Shown piece by piece: positions 63,270-64,000 of a stretch of 64,000 nucleotides of DNA. How positions within the stretch are numbered: position 1 is the first letter of the stretch; each line of letters opens with the position of its first letter. This stretch comes from Lama guanicoe (taxonomy: Eukaryota): the NCBI GenBank assembly GCA_013239625.1, contig MU054001.1:3636167-3700166 (forward strand), given 5' to 3'. Position numbers and translations under genes: made by a program. Under the pieces are notes generated by a model, which did not search any database, was not told where the DNA came from, and saw only the letters and a program-made list of their open reading frames with translations.

Positions 63270-63600
63270 CTGTTTCCCGTTCTGTTAAAAGCACCCATAT
63301 TTCTCTTTGTGGGACCGTCTGACTATCAGTCTGTGAACTTAGGGTTGAATCCACCTGCCTCCAGGGGAAATGAGCACATATCTCGGTTTCAGCCAATCAG
63401 CTTATCCCATCTCCCTGGCCATAGTGATTGGTTCAGGGAAGGACATGTGATTCAAGGTGGTCCAATAAGAGTCAGCCCTGGGATTTTGGCTGTAACTATT
63501 GGGAAAGAGGCAGTGTCTTTCCATTGTATTTGCTAACCGGCTGAAATGTCATCCTGGAGCTTCTGGCTGCCATCCTGCATTAAAGCTTTTCTATAAATGA
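63270..63600 (+). mobile_element. LTR16-type ERVL LTR
   Basis: gccaatcagc...ggccatagtgattggttcaggga...ccaataagagtcagccctgggatttt...ggctgccatc. Confidence 0.8.
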
Positions 63601-63643
63601 GTCATAAACAATGGGGTGGGGGAGCCAAGAAATGAGGAGAAAC

Positions 63644-63677
<34 letters not shown>

Positions 63678-63705
63678 CATATATACACATACACATACAT
63701 ACACA
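63644..63705. repeat. (TG)n(TA)n(CA/TA) compound microsatellite
   Basis: Directly visible. Confidence 0.92.
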
Positions 63706-63784
63706 TCCAGCCATTCCTGAGGGTAAATGCTCTGTACTTTACAGTTATGGTAGGCAAAAAAAATTCCCTGTAACTAACCCAGTA

Positions 63785-64000
63785 TGACAGAGACCAGGGA
63801 CCTGTGGAGTTTTTGCTCAGACACAATTATCCCATCAGGGACTCTATTTCCCAGCCTTCCTTATAAGTGCCACACAATTGAGTTCTGGCCAGTGAAATTA
63901 GAGGCAGAAGTAAAGAACAACACTACCACCAAAACCTTCCAAGCCATCTTTCACACTCTTTTTCCATTCACTGGCTAAATGTCAAAACATCCAGGATGAC
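63785..64000 (+). mobile_element. Old MLT1 LTR, runs off the window end
   Basis: atttcccagccttcctt...tgagttctggccagtgaaattagaggcagaagt. Confidence 0.65.

Noticed and set aside
1..64000. Naming the host or neighbouring gene, or claiming a new multi-gene system
   Set aside because: No recognisable exon or protein sequence anchors the locus; any name or system would be a guess

Overview
Mammalian non-coding genomic DNA, most likely from a camelid: it carries a tRNA-derived SINE with a 16-bp target-site duplication that matches my recollection of the camelid Vic-1-type SINE, plus cetartiodactyl-style L1 3' ends. I can support no protein-coding gene, RNA gene or prokaryotic system, and the ORF track reads as chance ORFs. 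Much of the window is old interspersed repeat (MIR, L2, MaLR/ERVL/ERV1 LTRs, hAT-Charlie and Tigger DNA transposons, L1 fragments), often nested, with one 60-N assembly gap. Between the repeats lie several repeat-free blocks dense in homeodomain/PBX/MEIS/FOX motifs that look like conserved non-coding enhancers, suggesting a large intron or gene desert near a developmental gene (not identified). The most notable details are: a 19-bp-stem hairpin capped by a GAAA tetraloop (43479-43522); a candidate 18-nt in-frame micro-exon (49774-49791); a five-copy KLF/SP box array; a degenerate 30-bp CCAAT-rich minisatellite; and a perfect 166-bp tandem duplication abutting a solo LTR. Repeat family names come from recalled consensus sequences, not a database search. 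Repeat boundaries are approximate unless a TSD or terminus is quoted.
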